Source: Mytilus trossulus (taxonomy: Eukaryota). From it: DNA of 64,000 bases. Of this stretch, positions 13,424-26,298 are shown in pieces (position 1 is the first letter of the stretch; the number at the start of each line of letters is the position of its first letter). The DNA lies in NCBI RefSeq assembly GCF_036588685.1, contig NC_086378.1:17670001-17734000 (forward strand), written 5' to 3'. Position numbers and translations under genes: made by a program. The notes under the pieces are model-generated. The model saw nothing but the letters and a program-made list of their open reading frames with translations. It did not search any database and was not told where the DNA came from.

Positions 13424-14684
13424 CTAAAATCAAATTTCAGACATGAGAGACTACCACGATACTGTTCTAGAAGTTGGAGATATTATGGACATAATTGCGC
13501 AAATCGTGATACAAGCATGAAATTTGGTATAACGGTTAACAAAATGATACTTATAAGAAATCAGCTGCTGGCCAGAAAAAAACCAATTTTTCAAAATGGC
13601 CAATACACCTTTTGGAAATGGCGTCATTACAAATTGGCAATACTTCGTTAATCCTTTGAAAGGTGTGTTATATGTAAAACTCAATGTTCGATTTGCTAAA
13701 AAGTAAATGACAGTTCCTAAATTACGACTAGACAATATATTAATGAAACTAAAGGTGACTTCCGGTTTAAAAATGCCGACAAAATGGTCAAAAATTTAAA
13801 TTTTTATACTTTCAAGCAAATTCACATGGGATATAAACATGATAAATCCTTGAAAAATGTGTTACAGGTATATTCCAATGTAAGTTATGATAAAACGTTA
13901 AAAACAATTCCTAAGTACGACAAAACAAAAAAATAAATTAAGAAAAATAGTGATTTCCGGTTCCAAAATAGAGGCAGATACGGAGAAAATATTTTTATAA
14001 TTTCAATCAACTTAGGGTAGATCACCAGTATATATTTTTTGAGACAGAATTTTTTTATAATTTGCCAAAATGAAGATTTTACTATGCTCTTTTCAAAAAT
14101 ATAATAAAAAGTATGGGTCACCGTGCTATTTTTCAAGCAATGAGTCGTTGAAAATTGCCAAAATTTGGTTAGTTTGTTCATGAAAAAACACATTATTGTG
14201 CATAAAAAAAATTCTATGAGATAGAATTTTGAAATAAATTGTTAGAAGAAAGGTTTCATAATATGTTTTAAGAAAATAAAAAGAAAACATGGTTTCACCG
14301 AACTTGTTTTCTTGCTACAAGTGAAAATAAAAAAATTCCCTATAAGACCAGTATAAATTTTGTACTAAAAGAGTTATCTCCCCTTAAATGGTTCATTTGA
14401 AAAAAATGATTTGAAAACCAGAAAAAATGATATTTGTTAAAACATTTTGTATAATACTATTAATCAATAAGTTTTCTTCAAATAGAAAAAAACAGTCTAG
14501 CTATTGAATTGCAATTATGTTTCTTAATTTGCAGATTTAGGCAAATAACTAGACCGATTTTGTACTGTGATTGTACAATCCAAGATGGCGGTATACCATC
14601 AATCTTCCTTAACAAGTGAAAACACTCTTTGTTAAGTTTAAATGTCTAGTTTGGTTAGAAAGATATGTTGTTTATCTTATAATT

Positions 14685-15345
14685 ACCCGACAATAGCCAA
14701 TAAAAAAATCCGTACAAGGAAGGACAGAACAGTAGCATTTCCAGTTACCATCACAGCTGGATTTTTCGCCTCCGCATTTCAAAAGTTCCCGACAGGAGGA
14801 TGCAACTTTAACGGCAGCCGAAGAAGTCCTTTTTGGTTTCCAACTGTCATCGATTGTTTTCTTTCATCCTACCCCAGTGTTCAGGAATTGGTACATGTAC
14901 CTGTCAAATACATAAATCAGGCTGAGCTCAAACCTGTCCTCCTTGATATGCTTCTCTTTGGATGTGCTCCGGAAAAAAACCTCTTGAAGGCGGAACTATA
15001 TCACAATGCCGCTGCTTCCTGGGTAACAATTTACATCATGCCTCGTTAACAGCAAATGTTGATGTTGTTCTGTCAAACATGATGCAAACAAATGCTTCTA
15101 TGATGTCCATGTATGTGTCGTCTTTATACTTTAGCAAAGAAAAAAAACGTCACATACATCTTGAAATACTTCCCATGTCATTCAAACTGACCTATTCCCT
15201 TTCCCATGAAAATCCGACAAAGTTTCACTTCCACTAAATGCATGAACGAAAGGAAGAGTAGCTACACGAGGACCAAACGCATTTGATATGTCACGTACAG
15301 GAAGCCATCAAAAGTCTTCATTCTTGCCAAAACCTATCCACAGGT
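14685..15345 (-). pseudogene. Decayed transposon-associated ORF with a HAFTGCD-like motif and C-terminal CXC (tesmin-like) domain
   Basis: Minus strand reads LWIGFGK...LPFVHAFSGSETLSDFHGKG...PPS...EHIQREAYQ...LLKCG...C...KC.C..LPCT, with stops. Confidence 0.6.
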
Positions 15346-16016
15346 TGTTCTACCATATGTCTGTAGTGCTGCAATTCTTAATACTACTCACGGTTATAGC
15401 CTGAATAAATATTAAGTTGCAAACGATATTTTTTTGAATGTCAAATATAAAACGAATTTATTAGAGGATTCATCCCGAACCTTCTTCTACAGAGGAAGGT
15501 TTTGCAATTTAGATTTTTTTTTCAACTGCTTAAACAGATTTCTTAAAACATTAGAAACATTTTTCATATATAAATAGGAAGATGTGGTGTTAGTGCCAAA
15601 CTAGACAACTCTCCAAATAACAATTTAAAAAGTAAACCATTATAGTATACCCGTAAGTCACCTTGAGTATACCTTTCGTCTTATCATACACAACAAATAT
15701 ATATATATATATATAAAACGTGTGATTGGACCAAAAATTATATGTTAATAGTAAATCTAGTATATCCGATCAGTTTAAAAAAATGCACGATTTTAGGCCA
15801 AATTGTCCTTAAATCATATTCATCTCAAACTTAATCACTTATTAACACCTTCTACTAGGAACTAGCTTCGACAGCTTCAGGGAAAATTCAAAAATATGAC
15901 TTTAGTTGTTAATCAAGTTTAGATTTAAAGTCGACGAGGACTTCAATTTCAGAGGGTTTCTTCTATATCGGGAGTAACCCCACTTTTACTAAAATATATT
16001 TTTTTGAAAGACTCAC

Positions 16017-16065
16017 CTATGAGTGAAAAAAGCACAATCACGACATGTATAGTTTTGATACTCAT
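16017..16065 (-). CDS. Ig-superfamily gene, signal-peptide exon (MSIKTIHVVIVLFSLI)
   Basis: ATG plus 16 mostly hydrophobic codons, phase-1 G|gtgagt donor. Confidence 0.7.
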
Positions 16066-16838
16066 TCTATTATCCAGTAAGAGGAAGAAAACAACTGTGA
16101 GATTTACCTGGATAGATACAATTACTGTATATATATTGTTACTTATATGCTACACACTAAAACTTTTATTAGTTAGGAACTGAAATGTGCAAAATTTGTC
16201 TACAGTTCTAACTGATTTGTTATCAGATTTTTTTTGTGACAATATTGTCTTTTCAAGCTCACATGCCAGTGGTATACAGGTCAAGTGAGTAGCCATTTTT
16301 ATAGATTGGCATCTGATTTCGTCGTCCGTAGTCTGTTTAATTAAAATAGTTATCAAATGTACCATGCTTATAAATGAATACGCCAGACGCGCGTGTCGTC
16401 TACATAAGACTCATCGGTGACATTCAGATCAAACAAGTTAGAAAGCTACACAAGTACAATGTTAAAGAGCTTTCATGACCCAAAAGTCAAAAATAAGTAT
16501 TGCCAAATACTGCTATGGTAATATATGACTAGGATAAGAAAGATCCTAAGTTTTCGAATAAGTCATAGTTTTACAAATAAATTTATACATCTAAAAAAGA
16601 AGATGTGGTATGATTGCCAATGAGACAACTATCCACAAAAGACCAAAATGATACAAACATTAACAATTGTAGGTCACCGTACGGCCTTCAACAATTAGCA
16701 AAGCCAATACCGCATATAGTCAGCTATAAAAAGCCCCGATAAGACAATGTAAAACAATTTAAGCGAGAAAACTAACGGCCTTATTTATGTAAAAAAAGTG
16801 AAGGAAAAACAAATATGTAACACATAAACAAACGACAA

Positions 16839-16945
16839 CCACTGAATTACAGGCTCTTGACTTGGGACAGGCACATACATAAATAATGTGGCGGGGTTAA
16901 ACATGTTAGTGGGATCCCAACCCTCCCCCTAACCTGGGACAGTGG
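16839..16945 (-). ncRNA. Twister ribozyme, type P5 (subfamily 1; one P4 mismatch)
   Basis: Same core as 30245-30350, except the P4 3' strand is CAAG instead of CAGG. Confidence 0.65.
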
Positions 16946-17178
16946 TTTAACAGTACAACATAATAACGAACTATTAAAATCAGTTGAAAAAGGCTTAACT
17001 CATCAGATAGACAAAAAATAAAAGTGGACGTGGCCGGGTACTTATACATCCCGACACAAAAAGACACAATGAACAGATCTGAGAGTACTCGCAGTTATCT
17101 GACAGCTAGTTCAAAGCCATTAACAACTAATTAAAAAATCATGCCTCTAAGACAAAGCAACCAATCCGTACACATCCA

Positions 17179-18412
17179 GATTCAATATTTTATTAAAGTC
17201 TCACTACTTGCAATACATATATATATAGTACATACAGAGTATATACACAATATAAAACAGATAATACACAAATATAAATTACAAGTACCATTCTATTAAG
17301 AATCATGAGAGACTATAAAACCATTTCTATATAAAACTAGTTAAAATACATACGATTATTAAAATCATTTCATTTTAAGAATATAAAAAGGTATTTCTTC
17401 TACTTAAAATATCAAAGCAGGTTTTGGCAACCATATCATAACAATTAATGTTTTTAAATAAATAAACAAATTTATCATCATCAGACAAATCATTAAAATC
17501 TACATTATATTTCATAGCTTCGCTATATAAACAAAAGCGCAAATCTGCATATAAAGGACATGATAGTATTACATGTTTTTCGTCTTCTATGTTATCATTA
17601 CACATAAAACACATCGTCTACATTTTTATTTTCATACCGCCCTGTTTCAATTCTCAACGGAGCTACTCCGCATCTAAATTTGGCAAAAGCACTCCTATAT
17701 CTATAAGATAATGTTTTAGATAAATATAATTCACTACCATAACTGTCTTTAATCAATTTATAAGTCCGCAATTTTTTACCAACATCTTGTGTTAATATTC
17801 TATTTTGCCAATTTTCTATATACTTATCAAGTAAAAATTTTTCTATCTGCATAATATTTTGTTTACACAGTACATTATTTAAATCAGTATACAAATCTAA
17901 ATTACATTCTTTAAACTTAGACATAATCCTAAAACACCAATTTCTTCTCTTATTAAGAGCATTTCTATAACACCATTTAAAAATTCTATAATTTTATCTA
18001 TCTGTGCACATTATGTTACATCTAGCCCAGTGTCGAAAAACACAAGTCCACTGCTTAACACTTGGAGGTCTCCAGCCCATATCCCCTTGAATTGCATCGT
18101 TTGGGGTATATTTACCCACACCCATAAAAGACCTGATAGCTCTGTTCTGGACAGCATTTATACATGAAAAATCTCTGGTGCCCCAAATGGCTGCACCATA
18201 ACTTATTACTGGCCAGACCAGGCTATCAAATAATTTAGTAAATGTACTGTACTGGAAACCTCCATGGGCCTTACTCTTTACAATAATCAAATTTAATGCC
18301 CTGTTCGCTGATTTGGCTACAGCTTTAGCCATTACATCATAATTTAAAAATTCAGTTAATAGTAAACCCAGATATTGATAGCTTTGTACAATACACATCT
18401 GCGTATCATTAA
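17179..18412 (-). mobile_element. 5'-truncated non-LTR retrotransposon (RTE-X or L2/Crack-like) 3' fragment
   Basis: YLGL, YGAAIWG, LRTYK, LRIETGRY and a C..C...EDEKHVILSCP.Y..LR knuckle; AATAAA near the 3' end; one stop and one frameshift. Confidence 0.8.
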
Positions 18413-18569
18413 ACATACATACAATGGATTTAGAGTAAAAACGTCATAAACAGCCAGAGAAAAACATGACCTTGTGCAATGCCAAGTTACAGGTATCGAC
18501 AGATTGTAGATCCATGAAAATGTATATGTATATAACATACTAGTACATATGTATATGTATATGTATATA

Positions 18570-19192
18570 TCATACAACAGTTGTTGGCATGACACGGGTT
18601 ATGTTCTTCTCATATATGTTATGATGGTATGATACTAAACCCCTAACAGGAAGGATTGTGCCTGATGTTCATATGATGAAATCATCATCTTTCAGTCAGT
18701 TTAATTGAAGTCTGGAGCTGGCATGTCAGTTAACTGCTAGTAGTCTGTTGTTATTTATGTATTATTGTCATTTTTTTGGTTACATCTTCTGACATCAGAC
18801 TCGGACTTCTCTTGAACTGAATTTTAATGTGCGTATTGTTATGCATTTACTTTTCTACATTGGTTAGAGGTATAGGGGGAGGGTTGAGATCTCACAAACA
18901 TGTTTAACCCCACCGCAATTTTGCGCCTGTCCCAAGTCAGGAGCCTCTGGCCTTTGCAAGTCTTGTATTATTTTAATTTTGGTTTCTTGTGTACAATTTG
19001 GAAATTAGTATGGCGTTCATTATCACAGAACAAGTATATATTTGTTTAGGGGCCAGCTGAAGGACGCCTCCGGGTGCGGGAATTTTTCGCTACATTGAAG
19101 ACCTAGGCCTGTTGGTGACCTTCTACTGTTTTTTTTTAATTGGTCGGGTTGTTGTCTCTTTGACACATTCCCCATTTCCATTCTCAATTTTA
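18570..19192 (+). mobile_element. Twister-bearing dispersed repeat, subfamily 2
   Basis: Related copies at about 28580-28972, 47945-48090 and 58078-58315 (inverted); fixed end ...ccattctcaatttt. Confidence 0.8.
18862..18952 (+). ncRNA. Twister ribozyme, type P5 (subfamily 2)
   Basis: GGGG-GA-GGG ... T^AA-CCC-CACC-[GCA attt TGC]-G-CCTG-TCCC-AAGT-CAGG, closed by GGTTAGAGGT/GCCTCTGGCC; predicted cut 18905/18906. Confidence 0.8.
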
Positions 19193-19199
19193 GTAATAT

Positions 19200-20020
19200 T
19201 TATTTAGCTTTTAATCTACTTATAACAAAGGCAATATTTATACCAATAAAAACAATATTAAATGATCTTATCACAGTGTTGAATAGGTAACCTTTAAGAA
19301 TAAGTTTATTAAGAGGAGCAACAAGTTCACATGGATCATTTCTAAATTTCCGGGCACGGTTAACAACATTTCCGTAAAAATAAGGATGTGCTATCCCGTT
19401 TGAAATAAGTTTTCTACAGGTAGAACCAAACTTCAAAACCAAATCTTTATATCTAAGGAAAAATTTAGTAAAGGTTTTAAGTAATTTATGGTAACGATAT
19501 CCCTGGTTTAATAATTTACCAGTGATACATAGGTTGCGTTCGTTAAAATCAAAAACGTCACAACAGACACGGGCATAGCGAACAATTTGTGAAATATAAA
19601 CACCGTAAGATGGTGCCAAAGGAACATCACCATCTAAAAATGGAAAATTAACAATAGGGAACGAAAAATCATCTCTTTTGTCGTAAATTTTAGTGTGTAG
19701 TTTCCCGTTTAAAACAGAAATATCTAAATCCAGGAAAGGACAGTTATTACCGAATACATTTGATTTATTTAAAGTAAGTTCCTTGGGGTAAATTGCAGCA
19801 GTATATTGAGAAAATTCTTGATAATTTAACGAAAAAGTATCATCAAGATAACGGTCAGTGTTGTTAAATTTATCAATTAAATGCAATTTCGACGGGTCTT
19901 TACTGAGTTTAGTCATAATCTGTGATTCGTAACAGTACAAAAACAAGTCTACTATTAAAGGGGCACAATTAGTGCCCATGGGGATACCTACAACCTGCCG
20001 ATAAATTTTGTTGTCGAAAC
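19200..20020 (-). mobile_element. Penelope-like element RT, 5'-truncated
   Basis: VGIPMGTNCAP..DLFLY, RYLDD, FLDL, YDKRDDF.F.IVNFPFL, YGVYISQ..RYAR; open for 259 aa. Confidence 0.85.
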
Positions 20021-20029
20021 CATATGATT

Positions 20030-20325
20030 GAAATTCATGTCAACACCGAAGTGTTGACTACCGGGCTGGTGATACTATTGGGAAGAGACGTTCACCAGAA
20101 GTAACATCAACCCAGTGTGAATAGTTATCAACTATACCAGTCTAATAATTCAAACCAGACGTCTTGCCTACATAAAACTTATCGGTCACGCTCAGTTAAA
20201 AAAAAGTTAGAAAGGCAAACAAGAACAAAGTTGGAAAGCACTGACACCCAAAATTTTCAAAAAGTTATGCCAAATGTTTTTATATGCCTGGGAGAAGAAA
20301 ATCCATAGTATTTCGAACAATTCAT
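20030..20325 (-). mobile_element. Degenerate hammerhead/pseudoknot repeat unit (retrozyme or pLTR-like) upstream of the RT fragment
   Basis: Contains gactaccgggctggtgatac...caccag...acccagtg and a decayed hammerhead; relatives at about 11737, 16343, 27235, 38140, 48960, 57930 and 63355. Confidence 0.6.
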
Positions 20326-20838
20326 TTAAAAATAAAAATATTTATCAAAATTAAAAAAAAAATCTAACATAAACACTTTACAGGGCATATGCTAGATATT
20401 GTGTAGCTTTGTTTTGTGATTATTTTAGTCTTGATGCCATCTTATTAATTATCAAGTTGACCTTCGATGACATTCATGGTCATATGAGCGATATATCACA
20501 GATGTACAAATAAATAGAAAGCAAACTCGTGCAATTTGATTTTTCTAGATTTGATTAATTTCATACTAAAGATTAAACATATCTGAGTGTGAATCATCGT
20601 TTTTACCTGTGTAAGAACGATGTCTTTTTCTGGATCGAATTATTCAATCAAAAGCTATATCTTTGTTTTACTTTCAATGTCGGCATTCTTTTCCATTAAA
20701 TAACCGAACAAGCATAAAACATATGTTATCCATCCATCTTTAGCTAAGAGGTAAACTTGAACTTCCATGAATACGGGTTTAATGAGGTCGAACTATTCAC
20801 TCACAAATGTATAATTCATCATCAATGTTAAATAGCTA

Positions 20839-21409
20839 AAGGAGTAGGTCCAGTAAGAGCCCTTTTTGTCCTCAAAATATGGCAGTTTTACAAAATTGAT
20901 AAAATGTTAACTTTTAGTTTTTTATTGAACAGTAGAGTACTTCTGCTACATAAATATGGGCTATTTTTGACTAAACAAATGAACATATATCGGGGACTGG
21001 CACCTTAAAGTCATGCTAAATTACTGAGTTCTTAAAAATTCAAGCATTTTAGTTAAATTTTAGACGGTTTTCGTGTAAAACGAAAGTGGCCGCAGACGTG
21101 TTCATCCTTAATATTGAAATGGAAGTTGTATTTTATGATAATACATAACATATATAAAGGTTGAGGATGAACACGGATGCGGCCACTTTCATTTTTGACA
21201 AAAACCATCCGAAAAGTGACATTTTTCGGCATATTTGGTTGATTTTTCATATTTGAGCTTGAATCAGATCTTTTTTAATGACTAAATCATTTCAAATCTT
21301 TCTAACTAATGATTCAAATGACACATAAGTGTTTAAAAAATGGTCAAAGTTTTTTGTCAGATGAACCTGAAATTGAGGCCAAAATCGGTCCTTACCGGAC
21401 CTACTCCTT
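20839..21409. mobile_element. MITE with terminal inverted repeats
   Basis: AAGGAGTAGGTCCAGTAAG ... CTTACCGGACCTACTCCTT (18/19 match); no coding signature. Confidence 0.8.
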
Positions 21410-21898
21410 TGTCAAAATTGAACCATACTGGATGCTTAAAACGAATAATTGTTCCATTATTTTCCTTTCATTTATGATTGAACCAAAATAAATAATCATA
21501 CTTTAAAAAAATAATCATAGTTTAGATAAATAATTATACTGCCTTTCTCAATTTTTTAAGATAACTCATCATAATTTTGATTTGTATTGATTTGTAGCTA
21601 GTGCCCCTTTGAAATAGAACAATATTGTATAAGTTATGTTTTGTGTATTTCTTTAAATCGAATATAGAAACAGACAAAAATGAAATACGCTATTAAACAT
21701 TTCCATTCCTAATTTCATATTTTAATTACGTTCATGAAGTTAAGCACCTTTGGTTCTCACATTTTGTTTTGGTATTATCGTTTTTCGATGAAGGTAATCT
21801 AGTTAGGCGTTTAAACGCATCAAAATTATAAAGCGTTTTTTCCTTCGAAAGTTAATAAATACACATAACATCAATGATAGAGAAGATCTTAATTACAA

Positions 21899-22634
21899 CT
21901 AGACTACCGTGATATCGCGGGTCCGTGACTGAATTCAAGTATATTACTATGCGCAAGCCTTATTTTAGTATTAGTATTGTCATCTGATAAAGTCATGCCG
22001 ATTTTAAGATACACAGTTTTCTATGCTTTCAAGCCTTTCTGTTTGAACCCGTCGAACTGGAACTTATCAATTATTGGTAATATTTATTATTTGGAAACGG
22101 GTATTTTTTAATCAACAGATTTGTCCTATATTAGTTATAAATAAAGTTGAATTTTTTGATTCGCTGTTTAACGTCATACCCGCTGACAAATTGAAAACTG
22201 TACCTATACGCCTCATTTTAGTCCAGATTTTTAGTATTCGTATTGTTTACCTCTTCAAAAGTCTTACTGATTAAAATACGACAATAGGGAACAATTTGAC
22301 AATTTAGTAGTGTCAACCCTGTGATTATGACCCGTGTATATAGCATATTAATCCTGAATACACCGTTTGGTGGTGCGCCTGTCAGATGCGGAACGTACAG
22401 ATAAGGTAGTAGGTAACAGGTGAATATACTATTGGTATCGGTATCGGACTCGAACCGGAACTTCTTAATTATTGGCAATATTAATTACGTGGAAAACAAA
22501 AGGACCTGGAGTGATGTAATTTTTAATCTACACCTTTATACTATATAAGTTGTATATAAAGTTGAATTCTTTGATTCGTCGATTTTACTTGATGACGGCT
22601 GACAAATTGGACCTCGTCTTTTTAGTAATATAGA
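21899..22634 (-). mobile_element. Non-autonomous Helitron (736 bp)
   Basis: Minus strand reads A|TCTATA ... CCGCGATATCACGG hairpin-tagt-CTAG|T: 5' TC, 3' hairpin plus CTAG, inserted in AT without TSD. Confidence 0.8.
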
Positions 22635-24169
22635 TACAATTGCAGGACAAGATTCTAAGTTAAGACATGCATTCTTGGTTTGAAAGCAAGAATGTTACTG
22701 TTTAGCAATCATGTATAAAGGAAAACAACCTTTTGTTTGAAATTTGCATTACATTTTGTTTGTGGAATATATGCTTATGATGTAATATCAATAATACATA
22801 TATTTTTGTTGTTTAAAATACATGTGCATATAGTTTAAAATTTTTATTTTCGTAATAAAAATTGAAATGCTTGCTTTAAGTGTCTTGAGAGGGTGTGGAC
22901 TAACCCGGGAACAATGTGGTATTTTATCAACATATATTTTTGCATACAAATTGAAATGAAAATATAAAATTACCAAAAGAACATCTGGCTTTAACGTCCT
23001 AAGCCCTCGGTAAATCTCGTTTTATTTTATTTGGGCACAAAGAGTGCTTCAGCTATCTACGACGATGTTATTTTCGTTGCTAGTCAAGTAGTATTTTGTC
23101 AATAGATAAATATTTTTTTTCTATGTAGAATCCTTTAAATATTAAACATAGGAATAAATTCATTAAACCTAAATTTCTATCATCCACTATTCTGGAAAAC
23201 TGTATATGATAAGTGCAAAGGGGGAAACACTTTAACTAACTGCTCGAAACCAAAAAGAAACAGTTCCTATAAAAAAGAAGATGTGGTATGTTTGCCAATG
23301 AGACAACTATCCACAAGAGACCAAAATGACACAGACATTTAAAACAACTGTAGGTCACAATACGGCCTTAAACAATGAGCAAATTCTATACCGCAAAGAC
23401 AGATATAAAAGGCCCCGATATGACAATGTAAAACAATTCAAACGAGAAACACGTTATTTGTAAAAAAAAAAAAATAACAAAAAACAAAAATGTAATACAT
23501 AAACAAACGACAACCACTGAATTACATGATCCTGACTTGGGACAGGCACATACAGAAATAATGTGGCAGGGTTAAACATGTTAGCGAGATCTCATTCCTC
23601 CCTCTAACCTGGAACAGTGGTATAACAATACAACATAAGAACAATAAAAATTAGTTGAAAAAGGCTTTACATGTGTAAAATGTACTTGTATCATTGCTTA
23701 TGTTAATCTTAACATGCACAATAAACAGCTGAAAGTACATTAGAAGCATGATTTTTATCAATGCAAACTATCTTTCCTGGTTCTTTATGACAAACGCGGT
23801 GATTGGTTGTTTCCGTCAGGATTCAAAGAGAAAACTAGCGGCCTGGTTTATGCCAATGAAACAATAAACTAGAAACGGAATCAATAAGATTATTCATTAT
23901 TCTTGTTTCTTATATAAATGAGAATCGATTGTTTCCTATATGAAACTACTGGATATTTCTTAACAAACATTTATTCATATTTTTATTTGTAAATTTTGAT
24001 CTAAATATCGATCATGGTGTTATGGCACCTCGATTTTTGCAAAAATGAATTGATTCATGTGTCACTATATTTTTATTACAGATTAAGAATAATGCAGTTG
24101 CAGACTATCAAAAGTTGTTATTATTTATTGGTTTTTTTGGTGTTTTTTTTAATAATTTCTAATAAATTA

Positions 24170-24512
24170 GCGTTTCAAAAATGATATCGGATATGTTCCT
24201 AATGTCGTTACTACAATCCTCTTCCCTTTTAATCACGAGTGTAACCTATCAATTTAGACTCATTATGGGCTTGTAATATCATGAGCAACAGGACGGATAC
24301 CACATGTGAAGCGAGATCTACTTACAATTCCAGAGCAACTGAGATCAATCTCAGTTTTTGATGGGGTTTGTGTTGCATATTCGTTAGTTTTCTATGTTGT
24401 GTCTTGTGTACTATTATTTGTCTGTTTGTCTTTTTTCTTTTTTAGCCGTGTCGTTGTACGGTTTTTTTCTATCTATGAGTTTAACTGTCCCTCTGGTATC
24501 TTTCGTCCTTTC
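24170..24512 (+). mobile_element. Isolated 3' tail of the Penelope-like element
   Basis: Homologous to 53720-54063 (gatatcggatatgttcct ... ggtatctttcgtcc), without RT. Confidence 0.8.
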
Positions 24513-26298
24513 ATAATAAAAGTCGATGTGACAATATAAGAAACATTAAAATACATACAGTCTGATTTAAGACAGAACAATGAAAAACACCCTATATAAC
24601 TGACACCAAGCAACGATAACCAATAAAAACATGCTGTCTGTATAATGAAGTTGGATTGAATATTTTTTGTATGAACTAAACCCATCATTAACCTTGAACA
24701 ACGGTGTACCTGCAAAACTACAGCATAATTAACTGTAAATATCAATTTGAAGCGGCGCATATTATCAAATAGGCACGACGTTAAGTGTAAAACGGTCCTC
24801 TCATTGACAGTTGTGTCATTGGCAATCATACTTCATTTTACCATTTTCATGTTTAAACAGAAAAATTGAAGCAGGACCCTGTTTAATGCAATTATTAAAG
24901 GGGTACTAGCTTCAAATTAATGTTTACCGATTTGACTCAATCTAATATTTGATTTATAACAATGTAAAACTCTTATCCAAATTATAAAAAGTAAACAATA
25001 AAAAACAGTTTACAGAAATTTGGGCCGAGAATATGTAGCTGCGGTTCGTGTGTATTTTAGTCAAGACGCCATATAGATAACTATCGAGTTGGCTTCCAAA
25101 AACCTCCGATGACCATACAAGTAATATAAACATAAATGAAGATATATATGCAAATAGATAAATCAAACTCACATGAATACGACTGTAATTAGTTGGAATT
25201 ATATATTTGCAAGTGAATAATACATAATTAATGGTTTTTTTTGCTTATTTTGAACAGAATGAAACATACTGGCAACTAAAAAAGAATTATTATTTCTCTA
25301 TTTTACTTTCATTTATGATTCAACAAAAACAATCATCGTTTAGAACTGATATATATCTCTATAAAGCCAGTGCACCTTTAGAATACCTAATATTGATAGG
25401 ATGCAGTTTAAACATATTCATTTATAATGCATACGATACTAGTTATGACGACTTATATCTTTCCTTTTCTACTTTTGCTAGTGCTGCCTTGTAGCGGCAT
25501 TAGATTTTCCTTTTTAGAAATCTTCTAGTGTGTTTTATGTGCAAGATATGTTGCTCTCTATAACACGATTTGTAATGAGACAAAACTTTTTCATAAGCAC
25601 ATAATTTTCTATTATGTCTTAATTTATCAAAACTCATATTCAAAGACATTACAACGATGTTAAGATGATGAACTTAAAGGTGGATCATCGGTATATATTT
25701 CCGTTAATCCTTTGTTTTTATAATTTGCTGAAAAGAAAGTTTTGCAATGCTTTGCTTTGGTCTTTAGAACAAAAATGTTGGTCAGCGTTCAATTTTTAAA
25801 GCTACAGGTCATGCAAATGTCCAAAATTTGAATACAATGTTTATGAAAAACACAGTTGTGGGCATAAAAAAGAAAACTATAAGATCGAGTGTTGAATTTG
25901 ATAATGAGAAAAAAATTAATATAATATGATTCAAGTAAACAAAACGAAAACTGGTGTTATCGAATTCTTTATACCCCCAGTCAAAAATGAAAATGTCGCT
26001 TTTAATCAATCCAGAATTTAAAGTTAATTACTCTAAGAGTTGTCTCCCCTACAATTACTAAGTTGAAACATTAATTCTAAAACATGAATATTTGGTTTTG
26101 GCTAATGCAATGAATGATCTATCTTTCATTTTACAAATCAGCAGTTTCACACATAAATTGCAAATATATAGTATTTAAACAAAGCACTCAACAAAACAAA
26201 TTTAAAATGTGCAGGAAATAGCAAGTGAAAAAAATAAATATATAAGACTTTTTGACGACGTATGAACTTTTCTGCTAACAAATTACAATATTTTGCAA

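Larger units (their letters stand above)
16593..18525 (-). mobile_element. Twister-bearing dispersed repeat, subfamily 1, interrupted by a LINE fragment
   Basis: Same sequence at about 10288-10550, 23270-23668, 30168-30593, 32771-33091, 46668-46888 and 50360-50451; fixed end ...ccacatcttctttttt, variable other end. Confidence 0.85.

Noticed and set aside
14642-15237. Plus-strand 135-aa and 91-aa ORFs
   Set aside because: Antisense shadows of the decayed minus-strand transposon ORF
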